Below, piece by piece: positions 9,633 to 17,639 of a stretch of DNA of 64,000 nt. Where the stretch lies: NCBI GenBank assembly GCA_965601925.1, contig OZ271854.1, positions 4,736,001-4,800,000 of the forward strand, read 5' to 3'. The position numbers were made by a program, and so were the translations under genes. The notes below the pieces were generated by a model. The model saw only the letters and a list, made by a program, of their open reading frames with translations. It was not told the DNA's origin and did not search any database. Every line of letters begins with the position of its first letter. Position 1 is the stretch's first letter. The stretch comes from Alkalispirochaeta sp. GTDB lineage: Bacteria > Spirochaetota > Spirochaetia > DSM-27196 > Alkalispirochaetaceae.

Positions 9633-10376
9633 ATGACCGACGTGTATCCCGAATCTGAGTTTGATGCGATCGTTCGAGAGCATCGCCATATCATTCTCGA
9701 CGGCGTCTTCGGTACCGCCACTCCTATCCAAGTCGGATCGAGTATGGCGTTCGCCAGGTACTTGAGTCACGTCGGTATAACGCCGAAGAACTATCTGCTG
9801 TTCTTGAGAGTGATCGAAACCAACAACAAATGGGTCGTCGATGAACTCGTCGGAACGCGCGACCCGCGTCTCTTCTTCTCGACGATCCGTCCTAACCCCG
9901 GGCTCGTCCGTCGGGCGTTCGAGCTGTTGTCCGCCTGGCATCCCGGCCAAATCTACTCGAAGGTGCTGCTCACCGTGTTGGGAATCATCGAATACTCGTA
10001 TCACAAACCGGACGACGGATTTCGGATATATCCGATAGGGATCACCGATTTGCATAACCTGGGTAAATTTCTGGACGCAACATTGGACCAGATGGATCCG
10101 ACCAACGCCACGGTCCTCGAGATTCTCGATCGCATTACGCGGCTGGGCGAGTACGATGGGGGAACGGAAAAGATCACCATCTCCAAACACGCCTTCAACA
10201 TTCGCGATTCATTTTTCGACAACACGAAGACCTTGATGGACACGATCCCCAAAATACTACTGGTACGCCTTAACAGGGAGGAGCATGAGGTCGCTCCCTC
10301 CCGAGAATACATCGACCTCGCGGCAAAGATTGAGGCACATATCGAAACTACATCATCGGAAGGACGAAAGGCATGA
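9633..10376 (+). CDS. Unknown-family protein, paralog A (247 aa)
   Basis: GAGGA RBS before ATG 9633; aligns end to end with the ORFs ending at 14404, 15171 and 15980 (NY..FL, IY.K.L...LG, D...LGK.L, L[DE]ILD, IR..F.D..K, IP..LL). Confidence 0.85.
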   Translation: MTDVYPESEFDAIVREHRHIILDGVFGTATPIQVGSSMAFARYLSHVGITPKNYLLFLRVIETNNKWVVDELVGTRDPRLFFSTIRPNPGLVRRAFELLSAWHPGQIYSKVLLTVLGIIEYSYHKPDDGFRIYPIGITDLHNLGKFLDATLDQMDPTNATVLEILDRITRLGEYDGGTEKITISKHAFNIRDSFFDNTKTLMDTIPKILLVRLNREEHEVAPSREYIDLAAKIEAHIETTSSEGRKA

Positions 10377-11275
10377 GTATGACGGTGTCGGACATCAAAA
10401 AAGTCATATCGATTGTCGAGACCAACGCCAACAGGCCCACAAGCAGTACGGGCATTCCGGGCGGGCTTTTGGACTACTCCGCGGACGAGCGGCCGGTCAT
10501 CGTTATCGGCGATCTCCACGGGGCGATCGACAATTTAAAGGCGATTATCGAGCACAACGACAATCGCACCAAGCTGGAGCGCGGCGATATACTCGTCGTT
10601 ATTCTCGGCGACGGCATCCACAACGATCAGACGGGCCAAATGCTGGAGATGGACTCGTCGCTGGAGGTCCTGGAGGAGGTCTTTCGCCTGATTTTGACGT
10701 ACGGCGAAAACGTCATCTACATCCGGGGCAACCACGACACGTTCGACGAGAACATCGCCAAGAGCGCCGTCAAACAGGGGCTCGAGTTTCGAAACTACCT
10801 GGCGGTTCATCGCGACGAGAAGTACATCGCGGCGGTCGACGAGTTCTTCGAGGCGCTGCCGATGTTTATCATCGGTAACGGCTACGTGATCACTCATGCG
10901 GGTCCGGTTCGTCACGGGTGTACCCGCCGGGAGCTCATCGACGTTAAAGACAATCCGGATTACTACCGCCAACTCATGTGGAACCGCCTGCACGAGTTTC
11001 GTGGGACACCGAGCCTTAAGGAGTACGGAGAACAAGACATCCAACGGATGCTGGAAAAACTGAACCTACCGACCGATACCCCGTTCATCGTCGGACACAA
11101 CCCCATGTGGCGATCGGGCAATGAGACGGGAATTTGGCGGGACATCATCGGGATTAAGAATCACATCATTCTCTATTCGAATCTGCAGACGCGCGGGCCG
11201 TATCTTGTGGTGGAGGGCGGACAGATTCACGAGTTCTATGCCGTGCCGGACACGCCGGAGAGGTTTTATGTCTGA
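10373..11275 (+). CDS. Calcineurin-like metallophosphoesterase (PPP Ser/Thr phosphatase-like)
   Basis: GDLHG, LGDGIH, IRGNHD, THAG, L.WN, GHNP motifs; ATGA overlap with paralog A. Confidence 0.9.
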   Translation: MSMTVSDIKKVISIVETNANRPTSSTGIPGGLLDYSADERPVIVIGDLHGAIDNLKAIIEHNDNRTKLERGDILVVILGDGIHNDQTGQMLEMDSSLEVLEEVFRLILTYGENVIYIRGNHDTFDENIAKSAVKQGLEFRNYLAVHRDEKYIAAVDEFFEALPMFIIGNGYVITHAGPVRHGCTRRELIDVKDNPDYYRQLMWNRLHEFRGTPSLKEYGEQDIQRMLEKLNLPTDTPFIVGHNPMWRSGNETGIWRDIIGIKNHIILYSNLQTRGPYLVVEGGQIHEFYAVPDTPERFYV

Positions 11276-12197
11276 AAAAAACAGTAACATGCTGATTGCC
11301 GATACCATTCACGATGAAGCGGTGCGACGCTATCTCTATCTCGATCTGTCCATTGACCAACTGATTACCAAGCTGAGCAGCGTAGAGCTGTCGGATATCG
11401 GGGACGAGCAACTCACCCCCTTCTTTGCCAAGGTGCGGGGCTACACGGGCGCACACGACGGCGACGGTGATCCGTGGCTCGTAAAGGAGATACCCGCCTC
11501 CGAGGGTCCGAGCCACAAGATCCAGGAGATCGCCTATTACGTGGATTTCCTGCTGAAAACGCCGGCGGCGCCGACCGTTCTCCTACGCCAGGACGGGAAG
11601 GTGTACCGGGCGACGAAGCTCATCACCAGCGCAATGCAGATCGGCAGCTACAACTACTTGGAGCAGCCGTTCATAAAGATGCTGGCCAACGACCTCCTGA
11701 ACCGCTGGCTCTTTTTCGACGAGGATCGCAACCCCAACAACTATCTGGTGAAACACGACACCGATGGAGAGCCGTACATCGTCGTCATCGATTATAACAA
11801 GGCCGACCTCGAGCACCCGGACATGAAGATCACCGGTACCGACGACCATTTCGGGTGGTATCGTGAAGAGAAGACGCGCTTTTTGACGCTCCTGAAACCC
11901 GAAAACTTTCAGGTGCTGAACATCGACGACTTTGAGGAGCGTCTCACACTCATGAAAGGACTCGAGGAGTCTACGCTGTTCGGAGTGTGCAAGAAGGTCT
12001 TCTCGGGCGACATATTCGACGATCCGGACGGTGTAGCGCACACCATTGCGTCGAATCTCGTCGGCCGCATCGCGTATCTCGACGGCTACTTTCGCACATG
12101 GTTCAAGGAACGAAACATATCCAAGGAAGAAGAGGTGGACGATCGCTACTCGGGACTCGGTCAATCGTTTCTTAACTACTACAAACGAAAGACGTAA
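11268..12197 (+). CDS. HipA/PI3K-PI4K-like atypical kinase (309 aa)
   Basis: WLVKE (ATP Lys), QEIAY (helix-C Glu), A.P.V, DEDRNPNNYLV catalytic loop, VVIDYNKA metal-binding motif. GAGG RBS; start overlaps the phosphatase stop. Confidence 0.75.
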   Translation: MSEKNSNMLIADTIHDEAVRRYLYLDLSIDQLITKLSSVELSDIGDEQLTPFFAKVRGYTGAHDGDGDPWLVKEIPASEGPSHKIQEIAYYVDFLLKTPAAPTVLLRQDGKVYRATKLITSAMQIGSYNYLEQPFIKMLANDLLNRWLFFDEDRNPNNYLVKHDTDGEPYIVVIDYNKADLEHPDMKITGTDDHFGWYREEKTRFLTLLKPENFQVLNIDDFEERLTLMKGLEESTLFGVCKKVFSGDIFDDPDGVAHTIASNLVGRIAYLDGYFRTWFKERNISKEEEVDDRYSGLGQSFLNYYKRKT

Positions 12198-12217
12198 ATC
12201 GTGGGGACGGTGCCGGT

Positions 12218-14338
12218 ATGCCGCAATCGGGAGAGACCATAAACGGTTGCTATACGTTACAAGAAAAGGTGGGAGAAGATCGCTTCTTCTCCACGTGGCG
12301 CGCAACGGCTCTCTACTCGCCCAATAGCTTCTCTCTCACCTTTCTGACGTTTCCATACAAGAGTGTCCCGAAACGCGCATTCGATGAGTTCCGCCGTCTC
12401 TTTCTTTCGCTCTACACACTTCAGAACCCGTACGTTCTCACGCCGTTTGAGTATGACGAGTCGGGGGAGACGAAGTATCTCGCGTCGCACTGGATTAATG
12501 GTTATTCGCTTCGCGAGGCGATCGACAACGGTGACTTCTCCGAGAAGGACCAAGTTATCAACACCGCGATTCACATCCTCCGCGGTCTTGCAGAACTGGA
12601 GCGAATCGGTGTTCGACACGACGTACTCACGCCAAAATCACTGTTATTGAGCAGCTTGAACTCCGACTACGACGTTCCCAGAATACGCAACATCGGCTTC
12701 TCTCTGTTCATCGACGCGTTGGGAGCCGCTGCGGAGTACCGCGATCTGCCGCGCTATCGCACCGAATCACTGAGGGAGGAGACGCACGAGCGAGATCTCT
12801 ATGCGGCCGGGGCGATCATCACCGAACTCGTGTCGGCCGTAGACACCGCCGATCTCTCGACCTTGGCCGACATCGGTCGCGCATTCTGCGCCGACACGGC
12901 CTCGTTTACCTCGGTCAACGACGCATTGGCGTACTTCCTAACGCAATACCCTGAAAAGCGAACCGTCGACTTGATTCAAGAGCACGTCGCGGATGTCCAG
13001 ATCGACGACACGATGAGCCGGGACCTCTACCGCAGTATCGAAGCGCGCTACCTGGCGACCAAGGAGTCCGCGGAGGAAGGGAGCTTCCGCGCCGCTTTTG
13101 CGGAGTCGCCTCCTCCGCGGCGCTCGGCTCGTGGGAGGGCTGCCGGGAGTGCTCCATCGGGTGACGCCGCCTACGAAGAGCCACCTGAGGACGCACGCGC
13201 CGAAGATGACGACGAGATTGCCGAACTCCTTCCCGTCGATCCCGACGGTGTCGAGGAGGCTCCCAAGGGATTTCTGGCGCGAGCGGTCTCGGCGGTACGC
13301 CGTCTCTTTGCGCGCCGCTCCAACAAACACGCCGCGCCTCAGGACGAGACGGCGAGCGAAGCGCCCGTCGCCGATACCGGACCCCCGGGCGGCGGCGACT
13401 CAGGTGAAGCGTCGCCGACGCCGAACGACGCCGCGCTCGAAGGTTTCCGCAAGGGTGCGCCGTCGGACCCCGCGCCGGTGTTGTCGCATCCCGAGTCCCA
13501 CGAACCCCAAGAGGTCGATACCTCGCGCATATTCGAGATATTCCGACAACTCAAGGAGCACTTCATACGTACGATTCGTCCCGAGGAACACCGCCTCCGA
13601 CTCGACCACGGCGGATCGCGGCCGCAAAAACGATCGCCGTGGCACGGTGCCCTCAGGGCACGTTCGGGATCTGCGGAAGAGGCCCTCGATACATCGGCCG
13701 AGCGGCAAGCCGCTCCCAAATCGAAAAAAACCCGGTCTCGCACCGCCGCCGGCGAAGCGGGTCCCTCGGTGGATACCGGAGAGCATGAGAATGCCGCTCC
13801 GTGGAGCGTTACGCGGGACACCGAAGGAGAGGGAAAGGATTACGACTTCAAGCCGGGCCCGGACTACGCGCCGGGTGAGCGTCGCGGTTTGGATGATGAG
13901 ATCGGAGAGCCGGGGGATATCGACTTCGGTTCGAGCGCGCTACGGACCGATCGCGAGGCGCCGACCGACTCCGAGGGAGACGATGAGGCGTTACACGACG
14001 ACATCCGTCGAGGGCAAACCGCAACGCGACACGACGCGCTCGACGACGACGCGGCCGCACCGGATCAGGCTACAGCGAGCGCGACTCCGGTCGATAGTGC
14101 CGCCGCCGAGCGGCCCGACGCCGACCGTGTAGGGCCGGACACCGATGGTGGAGACGGTTCCCGCCGCAAGAGACGGCGCCGCGCCGCCGAGGCCGCCCCG
14201 ACTCAAGGGAGTCATGGAATGCAAAACGGTGGCCGGGAGGCGTCGGAACGTCGCCCTAAATGGTTTTGGCGTCTTGTTGCACGAGCGCAATCGATCGTGC
14301 GCCGCCTCGGAGATACGATCTTCCGACGGGAACAGTGA
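12218..14338 (+). CDS. Hanks-type kinase-fold protein, probable pseudokinase, with long disordered C-terminus
   Basis: GETINGCYTLQEKVG, LQNPYVL, G.SLREAI, ILRGLAELE..GVRHDVLTPKSLLL, DLYAAGAI; VAIK, HRD and DFG degenerate. Confidence 0.75.
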   Translation: MPQSGETINGCYTLQEKVGEDRFFSTWRATALYSPNSFSLTFLTFPYKSVPKRAFDEFRRLFLSLYTLQNPYVLTPFEYDESGETKYLASHWINGYSLREAIDNGDFSEKDQVINTAIHILRGLAELERIGVRHDVLTPKSLLLSSLNSDYDVPRIRNIGFSLFIDALGAAAEYRDLPRYRTESLREETHERDLYAAGAIITELVSAVDTADLSTLADIGRAFCADTASFTSVNDALAYFLTQYPEKRTVDLIQEHVADVQIDDTMSRDLYRSIEARYLATKESAEEGSFRAAFAESPPPRRSARGRAAGSAPSGDAAYEEPPEDARAEDDDEIAELLPVDPDGVEEAPKGFLARAVSAVRRLFARRSNKHAAPQDETASEAPVADTGPPGGGDSGEASPTPNDAALEGFRKGAPSDPAPVLSHPESHEPQEVDTSRIFEIFRQLKEHFIRTIRPEEHRLRLDHGGSRPQKRSPWHGALRARSGSAEEALDTSAERQAAPKSKKTRSRTAAGEAGPSVDTGEHENAAPWSVTRDTEGEGKDYDFKPGPDYAPGERRGLDDEIGEPGDIDFGSSALRTDREAPTDSEGDDEALHDDIRRGQTATRHDALDDDAAAPDQATASATPVDSAAAERPDADRVGPDTDGGDGSRRKRRRRAAEAAPTQGSHGMQNGGREASERRPKWFWRLVARAQSIVRRLGDTIFRREQ

Positions 14339-14403
14339 TACCAAAAAAAATCGTCCCGCATGGGATATGCGGAACGACATCGATTTCATCGTTACGATTG
14401 CGG

Positions 14404-15090
14404 TCAGGCCGTCGCAGGGGCAATCTCCAGCTTCGTATAATCCTCGATTTGCAGCAGGAGATCGGGAATCGCCTCGTTAAGGGATTTGTTCATATCCAAA
14501 AACTTTCCGCGAATGTTGTTGGCCTGAATGGCAACCGCCATCACCTCTTCCTCTTCGTCAGGGCGACCGGGATCTACAAGAGCAGCAACTTTATCCAATA
14601 TATCTAAAATACTGGCGTTGAGTGGGAATCGCTGATCCTGTTTCTCATCCAGGTGTTTGCCCATATTGTTGATATCGGTCGTCGTCAACGGATAGACGCG
14701 ATATCCCTCGACCGAGTTCTCATAGGTGACTTTGAGAATACCCAGATAGGCCAACAAACTCTTTGGATAGATTCCCCCCCGATAGGCTTGGTCCAGCGCC
14801 CGGAAACACTCCTTGAGAATGAAGTAGTTCGGCTGCACGGCGTTGAAGTACGTCTCCGGTTGCGCGTCACCGAGCAGCGCATCGGTCACCCAGTGGTTTC
14901 GCAAGCTGATAAGCTTCAGGAAGATCGGATAGTTGTCGGGATTGACGCCGACCTTTTGCAGGTAACCGGCGTATGCGATCGCCGCACCGACACCTATGGG
15001 ATCATCCACTCGAAGAATGCTGGTGAGGAAGGACAGCTCGAGCTTATCGAGATCTTCCTGGCCCCAACCGTTTTCTTCCCATCGTTTCAC
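14404..15090 (-). CDS. Unknown-family protein, paralog B (228 aa)
   Basis: AGGAGG RBS before GTG 15090; shares all family motifs (NYPIFL, IYPKSL, DINNMGKHL, ILDILDK, ANNIR.KFLD, AIPDLLL, EIAP). Confidence 0.88.
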   Translation of the reverse strand: MKRWEENGWGQEDLDKLELSFLTSILRVDDPIGVGAAIAYAGYLQKVGVNPDNYPIFLKLISLRNHWVTDALLGDAQPETYFNAVQPNYFILKECFRALDQAYRGGIYPKSLLAYLGILKVTYENSVEGYRVYPLTTTDINNMGKHLDEKQDQRFPLNASILDILDKVAALVDPGRPDEEEEVMAVAIQANNIRGKFLDMNKSLNEAIPDLLLQIEDYTKLEIAPATA

Positions 15091-15112
15091 TGACACCCTC
15101 CTTTGTTGAGAT

Positions 15113-15143
15113 CCGATGGGAGGAGAGCACGCCCTCCCATCGG
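15113..15143. other. Intergenic perfect 11-bp stem-loop without U-tract
   Basis: CCGATGGGAGG-N9-CCTCCCATCGG between paralogs C and B. Confidence 0.8.
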
Positions 15144-15170
15144 CATTCATGCGGAACGGTCACGCAACGA

Positions 15171-15971
15171 CTACGTCTCTCCGTTCTTGGGCGCCTCTTT
15201 TGCGGCCGCCTTGGCGGCGGGCTTGGCCTGCTTGGGGGTCGACGCGGGCTTCTCAACTTCGGCGAGGGGCTTTCGATTCCTGGGATCCATCTCGGGATCC
15301 AGTTTTACCTCGGTCCGCAGGAGAACGGTCGGAATAACCTGGCGCAGACTCTTGGTGGAGTCGAAGAAGTTGTTCCGAATGTTATGGGCGTGGACCGCCA
15401 GGTCCTCCATCTCCTCGTCCCTGTTCTGGCCCTCCAGCTCGGAGAGCTTGTCGAGGATATCCAGGATACTGCGGTTGAGGAGGTCGTCCTGTCCCTTTTC
15501 CTCGATCAGGTGCTTTCCGAGACTGTTCACATCGGCGATCGTCGGCGCGTAGATGTTGTACCCGTCGAGAGGATTGTTGTACGTCGCCTGAAAAACACCC
15601 AGAATAATTCCCAAAGTCTTCGAGTAGATCTCAGCGGGATGGTATTTCGCCAGAAAGCTAAAGCACGTAGCGACAATAAAATAGTTCGGCTGGATCGAGC
15701 TCATGAACAGGAAGGGGTCGCGCGTTCCCAAGAGAGAATCGATCACGTGATGGTTGCGCACGCCAAGCACCTTCAGAAAGACCGGGTAATTACTGCTCGT
15801 GATCCCGATGCTATTGAGGTAGTTGGCGTACATCATCGCCGCCTCGACGGCCTCCTGTGTTCGTACACCCATCAGCCCCTGAAGCAGACTGTATTCGATG
15901 CTCGCGATCTCCGATTGCGACCATGTTTCTCGTTTCTCAAACAGTTCTTTCATCGTGACGTATCCTTTCAC
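15171..15971 (-). CDS. Unknown-family protein, paralog C, with basic K/A/P tail (alternative start ATG 15953)
   Basis: NYPVFL, IYSKTL, DVNSLGKHL, ILDILDK, AHNIRNNFFD, VIPTVLL; tail KPASTPKQAKPAAKAAAKEAPK. Confidence 0.88.
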   Translation of the reverse strand: MKGYVTMKELFEKRETWSQSEIASIEYSLLQGLMGVRTQEAVEAAMMYANYLNSIGITSSNYPVFLKVLGVRNHHVIDSLLGTRDPFLFMSSIQPNYFIVATCFSFLAKYHPAEIYSKTLGIILGVFQATYNNPLDGYNIYAPTIADVNSLGKHLIEEKGQDDLLNRSILDILDKLSELEGQNRDEEMEDLAVHAHNIRNNFFDSTKSLRQVIPTVLLRTEVKLDPEMDPRNRKPLAEVEKPASTPKQAKPAAKAAAKEAPKNGET

Positions 15972-15979
15972 TCAATCCT

Positions 15980-16675
15980 TTAGGCAAAGAGCATATCGGG
16001 GGCTACTTCTTTGGCGATGTAGTCCGACTTGACCAACAAGACCTGCGGAATGATCTCTTCCATCTTCTTTCGCTTGTCGAAGAAGAACGTCCGAATGCTA
16101 TTTGCCTGGCGAGCCATCTGCTCGATTTCGGGATTCTCCGTCGTACCGGCCAGCGATCCGAGACGATCCAGAATGTCGAGAATAACGCGATTATTCGGAT
16201 CGTCCTGCCCCAACTCCTTGTTCAAGTGCTTGCCCAGATTATTGACATCGTTAATGCTCACGGCATAAATTCTATAACCGTCTTTCGGCGAGCTGAACGC
16301 AGCCTGCAGCACACCCAGGATGATGGCGAGGGTCTTCGGGTAGATTCCGCCCGGGTGCCAATTCGTGAGTAGCTTGTACGCACTCAGAATGAGATAGTTG
16401 TTCGGATGGATCGAGCTCAAGAGCAGGAACGGGTCCTTTTCGCCGATAAGCGAGTCGATAACCCAGTGGTTTTCCACCTCGAGTAACCGAAGAAAGAGCG
16501 GGTAATTGAAGGCGGTCAACCCTGACATACGGAGAAATCTCGCGTAGCTGATGGATGCTCCTACGGCCTCGACCGTGCGACACCCTATCATGCGCTCGAT
16601 AATGTTGATTTCTACGTCCATTATCGATTCACGAGTCCAAGCGTCCTCGATCACTTTTTCCTGTTGTTCGTCCAT
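15980..16675 (-). CDS. Unknown-family protein, paralog D (231 aa)
   Basis: AAGGAGG RBS; NYPLFL, IYPKTL, DVNNLGKHL, ILDILDR, ANSIRTFFFD, IIPQVLL, EVAP. Confidence 0.9.
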   Translation of the reverse strand: MDEQQEKVIEDAWTRESIMDVEINIIERMIGCRTVEAVGASISYARFLRMSGLTAFNYPLFLRLLEVENHWVIDSLIGEKDPFLLLSSIHPNNYLILSAYKLLTNWHPGGIYPKTLAIILGVLQAAFSSPKDGYRIYAVSINDVNNLGKHLNKELGQDDPNNRVILDILDRLGSLAGTTENPEIEQMARQANSIRTFFFDKRKKMEEIIPQVLLVKSDYIAKEVAPDMLFA

Positions 16676-16733
16676 TCATTCCTCCTTGTGGTATACATTT
16701 GACCGAACAAAGAAACTCAACCTCACGAAAAAA

Positions 16734-16762
16734 AGTCTCGAAGGCGCGATACCGTTTGTCAA
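16734..16762 (-). promoter_or_regulatory. Candidate sigma70 promoter for the paralog D-C-B operon
   Basis: TTGACA-N17-GAGACT on the minus strand; -35 is perfect, -10 imperfect. Confidence 0.45.
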
Positions 16763-16984
16763 GGCTGGGAGGAATGTTTGTCGTATTTCGACTACGTCAC
16801 CCGTGATAGACGGCGTGGACCTTTACAAAATACGAGATAATCGAGGTCCAATTCGTCGATACGCTCTGCAGACGGCGTCAGAACGAGATTATCGCCCGTA
16901 CACGGGAGGCATTCGCCGCCGCGATCGTGCAGTCCCTACGGTTTTGAGACGACCGCCGGTACTATGGAAAGGAGCGCGCGCGCC

Positions 16985-17158
16985 ATGAATCGGGAGATCA
17001 TTACAGAAGCCCTCAAAGCGGCCAAAGGCGGCGACCAAGAGACCATCGAACGGATTGTTTCGGATGGATTTTCCGTTAACCGGACGGACGAGCATGGATT
17101 CACCCTGCTGATGGAGGCGGCAGCGTCCGGGGTTCGGATTACGCGGGTGTCCCCATGA
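16985..17158 (+). pseudogene. Truncated ankyrin-repeat gene
   Basis: AAGGAG RBS; AAKGGDQETIERIVSDGFSVNRTDEHGFTLLMEAAASG is about 1.5 ankyrin repeats, then the ORF runs into the yjbQ 3' end. Confidence 0.65.
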
Positions 17159-17567
17159 CGGTTACCGCTATTCTGCGGCTTCCGCCGGAGTTGCGAAACT
17201 CGCAGAGATAAATCCCCTGCCATGTACCCAACAGGAACCGTCCGTCGCGCACCGGGATCGTTACGCTATTTCCGGTCAACGTAGCTTTGGCGTGGGCCGG
17301 CATATCGTCGAGCCCTTCGATCGTATGTACGTAGTCGGGACTCCCCTCGGGTACGAGAGCGTCGAATATCGTCGCCATGTCGATCCGCACGTCGGGGTCG
17401 GCGTTTTCGTTCAGGCTCAGTCCGGCGCTCGTATGGAGTATCATGACGTGCGCGAGTCCCTGCTCAACCGCGGCGAGTTCCGGTAGGGCCGATTCTATGT
17501 CACGTGTAACGAGATGAAATCCTCGTTCCCGTGGTCGCAACGAGAGCACACGTTGAATGCAAATCAT
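17139..17567 (-). CDS. yjbQ: YjbQ/UPF0047 family (secondary thiamine-phosphate synthase)
   Basis: HTSAGLSLNENADPDVR.D, EG.DDMPAHAK, LGTWQGIYLCEFR. Confidence 0.95.
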   Translation of the reverse strand: MICIQRVLSLRPRERGFHLVTRDIESALPELAAVEQGLAHVMILHTSAGLSLNENADPDVRIDMATIFDALVPEGSPDYVHTIEGLDDMPAHAKATLTGNSVTIPVRDGRFLLGTWQGIYLCEFRNSGGSRRIAVTVMGTPA

Positions 17568-17639
17568 TCCACATTCTAACGATATTTTCACATATATTGT
17601 CTATCTGATCTGTAAAGAAAGTGGGAGGGGTGTCCGACG

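Noticed and set aside
9633..16675. Cluster as a prophage, mobile island or known defence system
   Set aside because: No integrase, transposase, att repeats, phage structural genes, nuclease or NTPase motifs were seen. Defence remains only one hypothesis.
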